A DNA stretch of 24,000 nt from sequence record NC_028972.1; one strand, written 5' to 3'. The notes under the pieces are model-generated. The model had not been told where the DNA came from. It searched no databases and saw only the letters and a program-made list of their open reading frames with translations. Numbering within the stretch: position 1 is the first letter of the stretch; every line of letters begins with the position of its first letter. Source of the stretch: Gordonia phage Gmala1. A program made the translations under genes and the position numbers. This document shows, one piece after another, positions 1 to 8,872 of this stretch.

Positions 1-393
1 GGGCATTTGCTTCGCAATGAACTTGCGGTCAAACAGAATGCTAGAGCCACACATGGGAAGCATAATATGGTTCTCGCCGAGGCCGTGATCCTTCATAAAG
101 GAAACTGCCTGAACTTCAATGTCCCGGTGATCCAGAATATTGCCATTGGCATGGAGCAAGCCGATTTCGTTGGTGAGATTATTCTCCTGGTGCATATTCC
201 AGACGTACTTGTCATCTTGATTCTTTAGCCATTCAAGATGATCCATAACCAGCGGACTCACAATACAGCGAGACCATTCTGCAATCAGTTCAAGTCGGGC
301 AGTGTAAATCTGGATTGCAATTTCCAGCATGATATTAGTATCGGGATCGAGTCCAGTTGTCTCGGTGTCCACGATTACAAACTTGGGCTGCAT
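1..393 (-). CDS. Oligoribonuclease/DEDDh 3'-5' exonuclease-like protein, C-terminus beyond the left edge
   Basis: Hand translation from ATG at 391-393: MQPKFVIVDTETTGLDPDTNIMLEIAIQIYTARLE...VQAVSFMKDHGLGENHIMLPMCGSSILFDRKFIAKQMP... ExoI (DTETTGLD) and the Orn-like PLCGNSIxxDRRFLxxxMP signature are present. The track lists no minus-strand ORF here because the stop is outside the window. Confidence 0.85.
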   Translation of the reverse strand, partial: MQPKFVIVDTETTGLDPDTNIMLEIAIQIYTARLELIAEWSRCIVSPLVMDHLEWLKNQDDKYVWNMHQENNLTNEIGLLHANGNILDHRDIEVQAVSFMKDHGLGENHIMLPMCGSSILFDRKFIAKQMP

Positions 394-395
394 GA

Positions 396-653
396 TTAAT
401 CCTCTTCTCCGGTTTCTTCTGTATTTCCATACATCTTAATTGCCAGGTCAATAATGTCAGTCTTGGGGATTCGCCAATCTCGGCCAATTTTCATTGATCC
501 AGGAAGACTGCCATTCTTTAGCCATTCACCGACGGTAGTTCGGCTAACTCGAAAAAATTCCATGACCTCGGAAGCGGTCAGCATATCTGGAAGATTTTCT
601 ACAAGCCGCTCAGCCCGCTTCCGCTTTTCCGCGGTACTGTGCTGCATGGTCAT
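396..653 (-). CDS. Small HTH DNA-binding protein, excisionase/MerR-like fold
   Basis: MLTASEVMEFFRVSRTTVGEWLKNGSLPGSMKIGRDWRIPKTDI matches the HTH_17/excisionase pattern; 4-nt overlap with the upstream helicase gene. Confidence 0.85.
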   Translation of the reverse strand: MTMQHSTAEKRKRAERLVENLPDMLTASEVMEFFRVSRTTVGEWLKNGSLPGSMKIGRDWRIPKTDIIDLAIKMYGNTEETGEED

Positions 654-2191
654 TTCTTATTCCTCTTTTCTTTTTCCTCCAACATAGCTTGGGTAATTGC
701 CTTCTTGAGCAGTGGATCAGTTTCAACGATTGAATCTGCAATCTTCTGTTTGACTTCTAGAATTTCGTTAACACGATCTTCCACTGAGTCCTTGACTAGA
801 TAATCAAGAACCTGAACTGGCTGAGACTTATCAGCTCCAATTCGGTGAAGCCGGTCAATTGCCTGCTGGTTGAGTGGAGGATTAAACAGCTTGTCTAGCC
901 GCTGGCAATACCGCGCCGCGGTCATATTCAATCCGGTACCAGCGACCGAGTAGATACAAACAATAACACCCGGCTCTTCGTGGTCAGCCCATTCATTAAC
1001 CACCTTAACTCGATCTTCTGCGGGAACGTCACCATTAAGGACGAACACCGGGAATGTAGCCATTTTATTGTGAATGGGAGCAAATTTACCACTGCCCATT
1101 GGCCTATTTGAGCCCTTGTTAAATGCTGCCGTGAGTCGATTAACAAACGCTTCCTGAACACCGCGATACTGAGTGAATACCACCACTCGCTCGCCCTGTT
1201 TTACCAGGTCCACTGCGTCAAATAGTGCAGCGTCGAGCTTGTCGGAATAGTCTTCCTTATTTTCCAGGACAGTAGCGGTTGTTCCGCAAATCTGCTTAAG
1301 TCGCAAGAATTTCGTGAGCACATTGTCGATTTCATCCGGCTCATCGTTTTCGGACCGGGTGATCTGCAAATCCTCTAGAACCTGGTCATACAGCTTCTGC
1401 TGTTTGGTATGCAGTCCGACTAGGCGCGGCGTGATCTGGACTTCCGGCAAATCAAGAACGTCTTTCTTGAGACGTCGGATCATAATTTGAGCGAGCTTGG
1501 CATTCAAGTCTTGCTCATTTTTGACTGCCACGATTTCGCGGTTTTCATACCCGCCATAAACAGCGTAGGTATTCAGGAATCCGTAGTAGCTTCCAAATGC
1601 CGCAGGATCGACCATGCTTGCCAGCGACCAAATATCATTCACATGATTCAGGATCGGAGAGCCGGTCAGAAAGAATCGGCGTGTGCAGGTTTCCGCAAGC
1701 GCTCGTGCCGCTTTTGTTCGCTGCGCCGAGGGATTCTTCAACATATGAGCTTCGTCAAACAGCACAATGTCGAACTGCATACTAATAAGCTGTTCCAGGT
1801 GCGGCTTAACCTGCTCGTAGTTCATAATCAAAACTCTCGGCACGTCAAGCTGAGAGAATTGATCCAAATGCTTCTGTCGAGCGGGCGCGGGCTTATTCGG
1901 AAGAACGCTGTAAATCACGTCTCCCATGAACTTGTCGATTTCGTTTGCCCAGTTGAGTTTGAGCGTAGTCGGACAGATAACAATCATCGAGTTGCATCGG
2001 CCCATAAAAAGGTCGATACCGAATACGGTAAGGGACTGAATTGACTTTCCAAGTCCCATTTCGTCGGCGAGAATAAAACTCTGCATAGTTGCAGCCCGCC
2101 GAATTCCCTCGACCTGGTGCTCGTAATACTTAATATCGTCCTTAATGTAAGGCTCTAGGCTCTTACGATTAGCGAGTCCAGGTGCGGTCAT
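650..2191 (-). CDS. SNF2-family DEAD/DEAH-type helicase/ATPase
   Basis: YEHQVEGIRRA...FILADEMGLGKSIQSL (motif I), VLFDEAHMLKN (DEAH motif), FFLTGSPI (motif III), SVAGTGLNMTAA and QAIDRLHRIGADKSQPVQV (motifs V/VI). Confidence 0.93.
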   Translation of the reverse strand: MTAPGLANRKSLEPYIKDDIKYYEHQVEGIRRAATMQSFILADEMGLGKSIQSLTVFGIDLFMGRCNSMIVICPTTLKLNWANEIDKFMGDVIYSVLPNKPAPARQKHLDQFSQLDVPRVLIMNYEQVKPHLEQLISMQFDIVLFDEAHMLKNPSAQRTKAARALAETCTRRFFLTGSPILNHVNDIWSLASMVDPAAFGSYYGFLNTYAVYGGYENREIVAVKNEQDLNAKLAQIMIRRLKKDVLDLPEVQITPRLVGLHTKQQKLYDQVLEDLQITRSENDEPDEIDNVLTKFLRLKQICGTTATVLENKEDYSDKLDAALFDAVDLVKQGERVVVFTQYRGVQEAFVNRLTAAFNKGSNRPMGSGKFAPIHNKMATFPVFVLNGDVPAEDRVKVVNEWADHEEPGVIVCIYSVAGTGLNMTAARYCQRLDKLFNPPLNQQAIDRLHRIGADKSQPVQVLDYLVKDSVEDRVNEILEVKQKIADSIVETDPLLKKAITQAMLEEKEKRNKK

Positions 2192-2209
2192 ATTAACCGT
2201 GCTCCTTTC

Positions 2210-2581
2210 TTATTCAAATCCGAGCAGAAACTTAATCAGATAATCAGGATCGACATTCATTCCTGCGTCGTGCATTCTCTGTTCAAGTCGACCCTGATAC
2301 TTGCTCGCCATGAAGGTAATTGTCTTCTTGTCGTTTGCATATGGGTTCAGCATACACAACATCAAGAAAAGGTTTGCCATATCCCTTGGTGGCAATTCCT
2401 GCAACCAGTTATCAATCACACTGTTTAGTGCTTGATTTCGCATGTTCTCAAGCTCTTGCTTGTTGTGATTAATGCGAGCGGCCTCGTTCATCTTATTGAA
2501 GAACTCCGGGTCGCTGGGATCAATGAAAAACTGGTAATTGGGATCGTTCGGGTCACTCGGCATATTATTACCGTCGGTCAT
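2210..2581 (-). CDS. Hypothetical protein
   Basis: 123-aa ORF, co-directional and tightly packed between neighbours. Confidence 0.7.
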   Translation of the reverse strand: MTDGNNMPSDPNDPNYQFFIDPSDPEFFNKMNEAARINHNKQELENMRNQALNSVIDNWLQELPPRDMANLFLMLCMLNPYANDKKTITFMASKYQGRLEQRMHDAGMNVDPDYLIKFLLGFE

Positions 2582-2801
2582 ATTCGTGAACCTCCACTAC
2601 TCGATAAACCTTGCAAGGATTGGTTGGCTGTGCAATTCCGGCGCAGGCCGAAACAATCAAGCTATTTTCCTCTTGGACCGCGGCCTTAGCTCGGCTAATA
2701 TCTACATAAGCGAGTCCTCCGATAACATCAATATCAGGCTCATGCCCAGTATCAGTATCAAGTCCGGTGACATAAGCTGCAATATAAAATTCTTCTGGCA
2801 T
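2568..2801 (-). CDS. Hypothetical protein
   Basis: 77-aa ORF co-directional with neighbours and overlapping the next gene by 14 nt. Confidence 0.65.
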   Translation of the reverse strand: MPEEFYIAAYVTGLDTDTGHEPDIDVIGGLAYVDISRAKAAVQEENSLIVSACAGIAQPTNPCKVYRVVEVHEYDRR

Positions 2802-2802
2802 T

Positions 2803-3258
2803 TTAGATCAGGTCCTCATGCTTGGGGCAGTAGATGACAATTGCGGCACCGAGAAAGGTGCTTGCAGTTTCCGTGGTAAAAAGCGGTCCGTCTACGAGCA
2901 CGCCCATAACCTCTTCAAGCGACGCATTTCGATCAAGTGCGCTACAGGCGTCCCGTGCGAGCGAAATGTAGTCAGTCCAGGTAACGCCTGGCTCTGTAGT
3001 AATTCCACCGTCTTCGAGAACGCTTCGGAATACCTGAGCCTTTTGGTCCGCATTCAGCATTCCGTACTGGTCGCGGACTTTCTTGGTCGTGGTGGCCGTG
3101 GTGGTTTCGACCGGCAAGACGTTGGTCTCGGGGGTTTCAGTAACCGTAACCTGACTGCTAGCGGTAGAACTATTTTCCAGAGCACTGCAAGCTGTGCCGG
3201 AGAAGATAACTGCTGCGGCAGAAATCACCGCTAGCGAAATTCGTGCTGTCTTACGCAT
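2803..3258 (-). CDS. Phage-encoded lipoprotein, DUF732-like
   Basis: Start placed at 3256-3258: MRKTARISLAVISAAAVIFSGTAC gives a signal peptide plus lipobox; C-terminal region (F...LEDGGI...A...CSALDRN...VMGVL...A...YCP) resembles DUF732. RBS-like AAGACAGGA upstream. The track start at 3375 runs into an inverted repeat and is unlikely. Confidence 0.75.
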   Translation of the reverse strand: MRKTARISLAVISAAAVIFSGTACSALENSSTASSQVTVTETPETNVLPVETTTATTTKKVRDQYGMLNADQKAQVFRSVLEDGGITTEPGVTWTDYISLARDACSALDRNASLEEVMGVLVDGPLFTTETASTFLGAAIVIYCPKHEDLI

Positions 3259-3330
3259 TTTCTTGATCCTGTCTTGAGGAATTACTGAATTACTGTGAGC
3301 TAGTGCTGTTTTGAGAAAAAAATATAAGGG

Positions 3331-3428
3331 CAATTTAATAAAGGTCGCTCGAATAATGATCCATTCTACTGCCAATGCCCAGCAAGGATTATTCGAGCCG
3401 TTACCGCATGGCGACCTTTATTAAATTG
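3331..3428. repeat. Nested inverted repeat: outer 18-bp perfect arms, inner 10-bp perfect arms
   Basis: CAATTTAATAAAGGTCGC (3331-3348) versus GCGACCTTTATTAAATTG (3411-3428); CTCGAATAAT (3348-3357) versus ATTATTCGAG (3388-3397). Confidence 0.9.
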
Positions 3429-3578
3429 ATCCAAGTAATGCGTGGGTTAGAACTGCACTCCTGGAATGCACCAGGATCGTGTACCAGCCTTTAAGATACA
3501 GCTCTCATTACCGGGAATTTGCGCCCTCGCACCGGGGAGAATGCTAATGCGTAAATCTGGGACGACCCACATTATTAC

Positions 3579-4244
3579 TTAGAACGGCAGTCCGCTACTT
3601 GCCGGTGCCGCATTATCTGCGGCGGGCGGCGCGGGCGGGCTTGCCGGTGCGCTGGCTCCCGGCGACGGCGGCGCGGGGGGCGCATTACCGGCGGGCGGGG
3701 TCGGCGGTGCGGAAGCGGGCGGCGGCGTCGGTGCAGCGGAAGACTGCCCCATTGCCGAAATACCCGAATCATCCGACTTGGCGGAATTCGTCTGACCGGA
3801 ACGAACCTGCTCAGCGGTAGGAATATCGCGCTTACGTCGAGTGTCGTCAAACAGATTGGGCTGAGCGTCAACCCACTGCTGCGCGACGGCAATTTCCTCG
3901 TCAGTAAGTGCCTCCACCGTGATATACGAATTCGTCTTCGTCTTGTTTTCCTTCATGCGAAGACGAATCGGCAGGGTCTCTCCGACGTGACCATTCAGGT
4001 TGTCCCAAATGATCTCATTCATCCACATCACATGGATAAACACTTCCTGAGTAGTCAGGTCGAGAATATCCAGGTAAAGCGCCTTACCGTCACCAGCGGG
4101 AGAATACTGCGTTCGCATGTTCTCGCGCTTGTCAACGATATTCACCAGCAGAGGGTGGGCCGCTTCTGCGACATTTGCCGCCTTAAGACGATCACCCTCG
4201 ATTTGCGAAGTCGGCTCAAAGTTGCCGAGCTTTCCCATTCCCAT
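3579..4244 (-). CDS. Putative single-stranded DNA-binding-like protein with Pro/Ala-rich linker and SSB-like C-terminal tip
   Basis: MGMGKLGNFEPTSQIEG...; beta-rich N-terminal half, PAPP-rich linker, ends SSGLPF (compare the SSB tip ...DIPF). RBS CAAGGAG upstream of ATG at 4242-4244. Confidence 0.5.
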   Translation of the reverse strand: MGMGKLGNFEPTSQIEGDRLKAANVAEAAHPLLVNIVDKRENMRTQYSPAGDGKALYLDILDLTTQEVFIHVMWMNEIIWDNLNGHVGETLPIRLRMKENKTKTNSYITVEALTDEEIAVAQQWVDAQPNLFDDTRRKRDIPTAEQVRSGQTNSAKSDDSGISAMGQSSAAPTPPPASAPPTPPAGNAPPAPPSPGASAPASPPAPPAADNAAPASSGLPF

Positions 4245-4399
4245 TTTGTTTTCTCCTTGTTTCGATTTTCGTTGCCCTGTTGCAGCGGTTGGGGAACCGC
4301 TACCGCGTGGCACTGCTAACGCTACCGCGTGCTGCCTACGTTCGCAAGCGGGACTTGCCAGAACTTACGCGGGTTATCGGCGGTGCTGTGTGAGTGTAT

Positions 4400-4723
4400 T
4401 TATACGGAAGTCTTCGAGATTACATCGTTTTTAATTAACCTGACGACCACCTCCCTGATTTGCAACAGAATACGCAGTTGTGAGTTAAGTGAGCGCATTG
4501 ACTCGAAATATCCAGTCTCTAGACTGTTGAGTCTTTCCAGATCAGAAACTGTTTCATATTTCTTGTCCATGTTTTCTCTTGCGTAATTCATGGTATTTAC
4601 CACCGCAGCAATTTCGGTGTCAAGCACGTCAAGAAGAATGTACAATCTCCGAGTCTCACGCCAGCTTGCAATCTTTTTGAGGAATTTCACTCTAGACTCC
4701 GCCACTGGGTTTAAGTGCAACAA
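4400..4723 (-). CDS. Hypothetical protein (non-ATG start; 4705 GTG or 4723 TTG)
   Basis: 107-aa ORF in the gene run, predicted mostly helical. Confidence 0.55.
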   Translation of the reverse strand: MLHLNPVAESRVKFLKKIASWRETRRLYILLDVLDTEIAAVVNTMNYARENMDKKYETVSDLERLNSLETGYFESMRSLNSQLRILLQIREVVVRLIKNDVISKTSV

Positions 4724-5591
4724 ATCCGGAAGACTTGCTGCCTGACATATTTGGAATGTTCTTCTCGTCCTTGAACTCGCTAGAAATTTTACGGGACCAA
4801 TAGGTCATGTAAATCTTTCGACGGTCAAGATCGCCGTTGAATTTCGCATTCCTAGAGGAAGAAAACTCTGGCCTGGAAAATCTGGTATCGTTTTTCTGAA
4901 CCATTCCCAACTTAATAGCCATAGGCCGGTAAAACAGCACTCGCTGCTTGGCATTATGTGAAAAGAACTTCTTGAACGAGGTAATGCCACTTTGGGTTAA
5001 ATCCAAAATAGCTGGCACTTCATCCATGTTGTAGTCTTTTTCAACATAGTCAAGCGGAATGATAGGAATATACCAGTGAGGCTGACACAAAGGTCCGTGC
5101 TTTCCGTCCTGAGACCACTTAGTAAATGGACAGGTTTCGCACAGTGCTTTACTTTTGTCGTTCTCTAGGTATTTTCCAAGACCAACGTCAAACTGGGTAT
5201 GAGGAAAGTCATTCAGAGGATGACCAATGTCACCGTCCAAAGAAATGCACTGCTTGCCTTTCATGGCAATTTTACCGCAGTCGGCAGCAAACGCAGAGTC
5301 GTTAAACTTGGGCCACATTTGTCGAGTCCGAATTACCGTGAGTCCATAGACGTGAAGCTCTCGCATGGCAGTTTTTCCGGCGACTTTCAGGAATTGCGAT
5401 TCCGGTCCCGACGACGAAACAAAACGACCGTGCTTATGGTCAATGTAAATCCGTTCGTACCCATAGAGGGACCGGCCATAATTTCCGCTAGTCTTCGGCT
5501 TGAATGCTGCGTTGAATTGGGGGAAAGTTTGGCTCGACAATTGGGATGTATTCACCATCAGTTCCTCCAAATCTTCCGAACTTCTTTTCAT
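4692..5591 (-). CDS. Hypothetical protein with a central Cys cluster
   Basis: 299-aa ORF including CETCPFTKWSQDGKHGPLCQPHW, a possible metal site. Confidence 0.75.
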   Translation of the reverse strand: MKRSSEDLEELMVNTSQLSSQTFPQFNAAFKPKTSGNYGRSLYGYERIYIDHKHGRFVSSSGPESQFLKVAGKTAMRELHVYGLTVIRTRQMWPKFNDSAFAADCGKIAMKGKQCISLDGDIGHPLNDFPHTQFDVGLGKYLENDKSKALCETCPFTKWSQDGKHGPLCQPHWYIPIIPLDYVEKDYNMDEVPAILDLTQSGITSFKKFFSHNAKQRVLFYRPMAIKLGMVQKNDTRFSRPEFSSSRNAKFNGDLDRRKIYMTYWSRKISSEFKDEKNIPNMSGSKSSGFVALKPSGGV

Positions 5592-6000
5592 TGACTCTTT
5601 TCCTCTTCTCTCGCCTGTAAAGCTCTGGCAATCCCATAGAGAATGCTCCCGGCAAAAAGTGAGAGAATCGCTTTGGCTTTATCTCACTCTTGGCAAATCC
5701 AATTCGCTCCCATCTATCTAAAATTCCCCATACCGCACCAGAACTACACGACTTACTATCAATTCTAGTTACTTGCTTGGCAATATTCTCCGCCGTAGGA
5801 GTCCAGTCCTTCATATGGTTTACAAACCAGTCCTTAACCACATGCTCGACAATAAGTTCGAGTTCACCGCGAGCGCGCCTATCAGAACCAGTATCTTGCA
5901 ATTCTGGAATCTCTGGAACAAACAAACCATTCCAAGGCTCAGCAAGCGTCGGCATGTTGTTCTTATCGTACTTGTATTGTGGATCGGGCTTTCTAGCCAT
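5488..6000 (-). CDS. Hypothetical protein (alternative start 6012)
   Basis: ORF MARKPDPQYKYDKNNMPTLAEPW...; overlaps the start of the 4692-5591 gene in another frame by about 100 nt. Confidence 0.7.
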   Translation of the reverse strand: MARKPDPQYKYDKNNMPTLAEPWNGLFVPEIPELQDTGSDRRARGELELIVEHVVKDWFVNHMKDWTPTAENIAKQVTRIDSKSCSSGAVWGILDRWERIGFAKSEIKPKRFSHFLPGAFSMGLPELYRREKRKRVNEKKFGRFGGTDGEYIPIVEPNFPPIQRSIQAED

Positions 6001-6319
6001 TTTTCTCACCATTCCAAAATACTAGACGACGGATATAGTTCATGGTTTCTGGATCGTTCTTGCTTTCGAGTGCTTCAAGAACTGAGTTCACATGCATATC
6101 GCATAAACCCATATACAGTGGCGCGCTAAATGCCCTGTTCTGATTCAGGTAAACGAACTTCTTCGGATTCTTGCAGTACAGCCCCTTTATTGTCTTATGG
6201 TCGCATTTTCCGTGAACAATAATCGACTTGTTCACAGCCATAATCTGAGGATGACTAGCAATCACTTGGCTATGATTTCTAAACTTTAGACCTTTGATAG
6301 CCCTAGCAAATACTCTCAC
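5993..6319 (-). CDS. Hypothetical protein with possible Cys/His metal site
   Basis: 108-aa ORF (HGKCDHKTIKGLYC...GLCDMHVNS), overlaps both neighbours. Confidence 0.65.
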   Translation of the reverse strand: MRVFARAIKGLKFRNHSQVIASHPQIMAVNKSIIVHGKCDHKTIKGLYCKNPKKFVYLNQNRAFSAPLYMGLCDMHVNSVLEALESKNDPETMNYIRRLVFWNGEKNG

Positions 6320-6600
6320 TTTAGCTCCTTGCCGAATAGTTGATAACTGAAATCTGGACCGAATTCAACTCGTCCGAGATAAATTTCTGCAATGTAAATC
6401 CTGTCACCGGGGTTCAGCTTAAGCCTCTTGTGCTTAACTTCCTCTAGCTGATTCTGAAATGCCTGTTCACAGAATTCTTCGTCTCCGAACGCAAGAATCT
6501 TTGATTCGCCAGTGATTACATTCTCTGCAATTACTCGGTGAGTATTCCGTCCGATTCTGTTTATTCCCTGTTCTGCAAGTTTTGGTGCAACCTTCGGCAT
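6316..6600 (-). CDS. Hypothetical protein
   Basis: 94-aa ORF, 4-nt overlap with the downstream ORF. Confidence 0.65.
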   Translation of the reverse strand: MPKVAPKLAEQGINRIGRNTHRVIAENVITGESKILAFGDEEFCEQAFQNQLEEVKHKRLKLNPGDRIYIAEIYLGRVEFGPDFSYQLFGKELK

Positions 6601-6897
6601 TTAATTCACCACCGGAATTACCTGAGTGACTGTATTGGTTATCTCGTCCGGCTGTCGCGGGCATGGCGGCATACCGAATGTGTAATACGGTTTACCGGCC
6701 AGCTTTGCGGTGAACTTCATAAGTTCCTCCATGCGCTCCTGGAACTTGGACTTGATATTCTTCGCCAGTCCACAGCGAACGCAAGCAAGAATTCCGTGGT
6801 CAGTGTCGAGCAGAATTGCTGTAGTGAAATCACAGCAATTACGGCAGTAGCTGTGGCCCACTTTTGCCGAATGAATTTCGTTCCAGTGCTTAGCCAT
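6601..6897 (-). CDS. Small zinc-ribbon-like protein
   Basis: Start at 6895-6897 (MAKHWNEIHSAKVGHSYCRNCCDFTTAILLDTDHGILACVRCGLAKN); CxxC...CxxC pattern. The track start (7002) would need over 100 nt of overlap. Confidence 0.65.
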   Translation of the reverse strand: MAKHWNEIHSAKVGHSYCRNCCDFTTAILLDTDHGILACVRCGLAKNIKSKFQERMEELMKFTAKLAGKPYYTFGMPPCPRQPDEITNTVTQVIPVVN

Positions 6898-7231
6898 TAA
6901 TTTCCTGCTCTTCCTGAATGATGTTCTCTGGATTGTCTTCGAGTCTGCCCGACCACAAGTGATGATCCATATTCTTCTTTGCCCTACTGAGAACTCGGTC
7001 ATTAAGGTCTAGCTCTCGCTCTAGGTGTCGTGAGCACCAATAGAATTGCTTGCCGCTTTCAGTGACATACCGAAATGCTGATCGGTTTCCACACTGGTCA
7101 ATTCCACCGGCATTTGTCCTGTACTCGCATTGCGGAAGTCTCGGACCCCTAACCTTGCTTACCCACGGATGGGAGCTTAGGTATTCGTCCCTTGACGAGA
7201 TATTCAGGCTCTTGTTGAATTTGTCAGCCAT
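6890..7231 (-). CDS. Hypothetical protein with Cys/His residues
   Basis: 113-aa ORF abutting the recombinase gene; CEYRTNAGGIDQCG...FYWCSRHLERE. Confidence 0.7.
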   Translation of the reverse strand: MADKFNKSLNISSRDEYLSSHPWVSKVRGPRLPQCEYRTNAGGIDQCGNRSAFRYVTESGKQFYWCSRHLERELDLNDRVLSRAKKNMDHHLWSGRLEDNPENIIQEEQEING

Positions 7232-8029
7232 TTAGAAATTCACCGCCTCGTGCGCCGCAGCGGTATTAACGCCAATGTATTCCTGAGTCTGACTCGGAGA
7301 AGCATGGCCGAGGGTTCGCTGAACCAAGATAATATCCTTGGTCTTTTCGTAAAGCTCGGTGGCGAATGTTGCGCGCAGATCGTGCGAGGCAATGTTTTTG
7401 CCGTCGGGATGGTACACGTTGCAAAGATTGAATTGTCCGGTAATCAGATTCCGGGCCTGACGATCGGAAATATGAACGAACTTGGCTCGATCATTCGTCG
7501 GCATGTTTTCGATAAGCACGGCGGCAAGCTCTGCACTCACCGGGATATTGCGCGTCTTTCCGCCCTTGCCGGTGATAACAAGCTCATTTGTGCGCCGGTC
7601 CCAATCGCACGGCGCGACGCTCAGGGACTCGCTCACCCGCGTACCGGCCAGCGCGCCGAGCGCGATCAGTACCCGCGTGCGCGGGTCCGCAGTGCCCGCC
7701 AGAACGCCGCGTACCGTGCGAATTCCTCCCGGTACGGGGTGAGGTCGGGGAGCGCCGACGCGCGGCAGACGGTAGCCGTCCAGCGCCGTCGCGGCGTCGT
7801 GGTCGGCGCGGTAGCCGGACCAGCTTTTGAGAGCGGCGGCACGGGATTTCATTACCGACGGGCTTGCGCCAGACTTCTTGGAATCCATGATGTATTCCAG
7901 CGGGTCGGTGAAATTGGAATTCAGGAACGCGCGAATATTCCGCGAGTAAACCTTAATCGTATTCGTGCTCTTTCCCTGCCGTGCAAGATGATTCTCGAAC
8001 TGATCCAGAATGGCTACCGTGTTCTGCAT
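7232..8029 (-). CDS. Tyrosine recombinase/integrase (Xer/phage integrase family)
   Basis: N-terminal SAM-like core-binding domain, catalytic motifs ALAGTRVSE (R), GKGGKTR (K), SHDLRATFATELY (HxxR), RTLGHASPSQTQEY (H...Y). Confidence 0.93.
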   Translation of the reverse strand: MQNTVAILDQFENHLARQGKSTNTIKVYSRNIRAFLNSNFTDPLEYIMDSKKSGASPSVMKSRAAALKSWSGYRADHDAATALDGYRLPRVGAPRPHPVPGGIRTVRGVLAGTADPRTRVLIALGALAGTRVSESLSVAPCDWDRRTNELVITGKGGKTRNIPVSAELAAVLIENMPTNDRAKFVHISDRQARNLITGQFNLCNVYHPDGKNIASHDLRATFATELYEKTKDIILVQRTLGHASPSQTQEYIGVNTAAAHEAVNF

Positions 8030-8165
8030 TTCTTTTCCTGTCTGTGAGTTAGTGCTGTACTTAAGGTGGGTTGGGATTATGCTCTAGCCATTCCTGACTA
8101 GCGTTCACTCTGCCTTTACGCTCATCCCCATTACCGGCAGGACGACCCATTCTTAAGATTTTGTT

Positions 8166-8546
8166 TTACTTCTCGAACTCCACCCGAACGGGTGTATGGT
8201 CATCGGGAATATCGTCCGGGTTTTCGTCCCCCATGACCAGGATTACCGGCTTATCCTCCGGTAGCGCGTCCATCATCGAACGGATACCTTCTGCCTTTTT
8301 CTCGTCCGTGAAGTTCTGTGGACCGATTTCCCAGTCTTCCTTTTCTCGGTCCATCATTTCGCTCATGATTTCCATGAACTCCGGTGTGCTCTTTTCCTTG
8401 AGAGCATTTGCCATGCTCTCTTGGCCGAATTCGTGAGTCCAGATTGGACGCTCCATGATTTCCTCCGCGTACCTGTGGAATACGTCGAAGTCACAGAGCA
8501 TGTATCCGGTAAACGCGGAAAGTACCGCGCCTTCGCGTCGTTTCAC
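8166..8546 (-). CDS. Hypothetical phage protein
   Basis: GAVLSAFTGYMLCDFDVFHRYAEEIMERPIWTHEFG resembles the (S/T)AxTGxLxC...H...E...GRPxxTHE motif common in phage proteins. Confidence 0.7.
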   Translation of the reverse strand: MKRREGAVLSAFTGYMLCDFDVFHRYAEEIMERPIWTHEFGQESMANALKEKSTPEFMEIMSEMMDREKEDWEIGPQNFTDEKKAEGIRSMMDALPEDKPVILVMGDENPDDIPDDHTPVRVEFEK

Positions 8547-8872
8547 TTTTCGTTCTCCTGTCGGTATTTTGCGAGTTCCCGGCGATCCTTTTCCATTCGC
8601 CTGGAAATGTCCCGCATGTGAGTAAGCCGTTCGTTTTCTCGGGGCGTGAGTTCTCCCAGCTCGTTGTACTGAACCAAATCCTTGTCGCCGATGTAGAACA
8701 TGCCGGGATTTTCGGCGTCATCCAAGTGATCGAGGTAATCGTTCAATGCGGCGTGCAGGAACTTTCGATCTTCACGGGAAACCTTGTGATTCTTGAGGTT
8801 CACGCAAATGTCGCTGTGAGCCTGCTCGTACTGGATTTCCGCGCAAACGTGAGTGTTCTTGTCGTCGCTCAT
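8543..8872 (-). CDS. Hypothetical protein
   Basis: 109-aa ORF with 4-nt overlap to the next gene. Confidence 0.7.
   Translation of the reverse strand: MSDDKNTHVCAEIQYEQAHSDICVNLKNHKVSREDRKFLHAALNDYLDHLDDAENPGMFYIGDKDLVQYNELGELTPRENERLTHMRDISRRMEKDRRELAKYRQENEK

Noticed and set aside
3575-3892. 105-aa minus-strand ORF of Pro/Arg-rich sequence
   Set aside because: It is an alternate frame of the Pro/Ala-rich tail of the SSB-like gene.
8491-8721. 76-aa minus-strand ORF
   Set aside because: It is nested in the 8543-8872 gene in another frame, with no supporting junctions.
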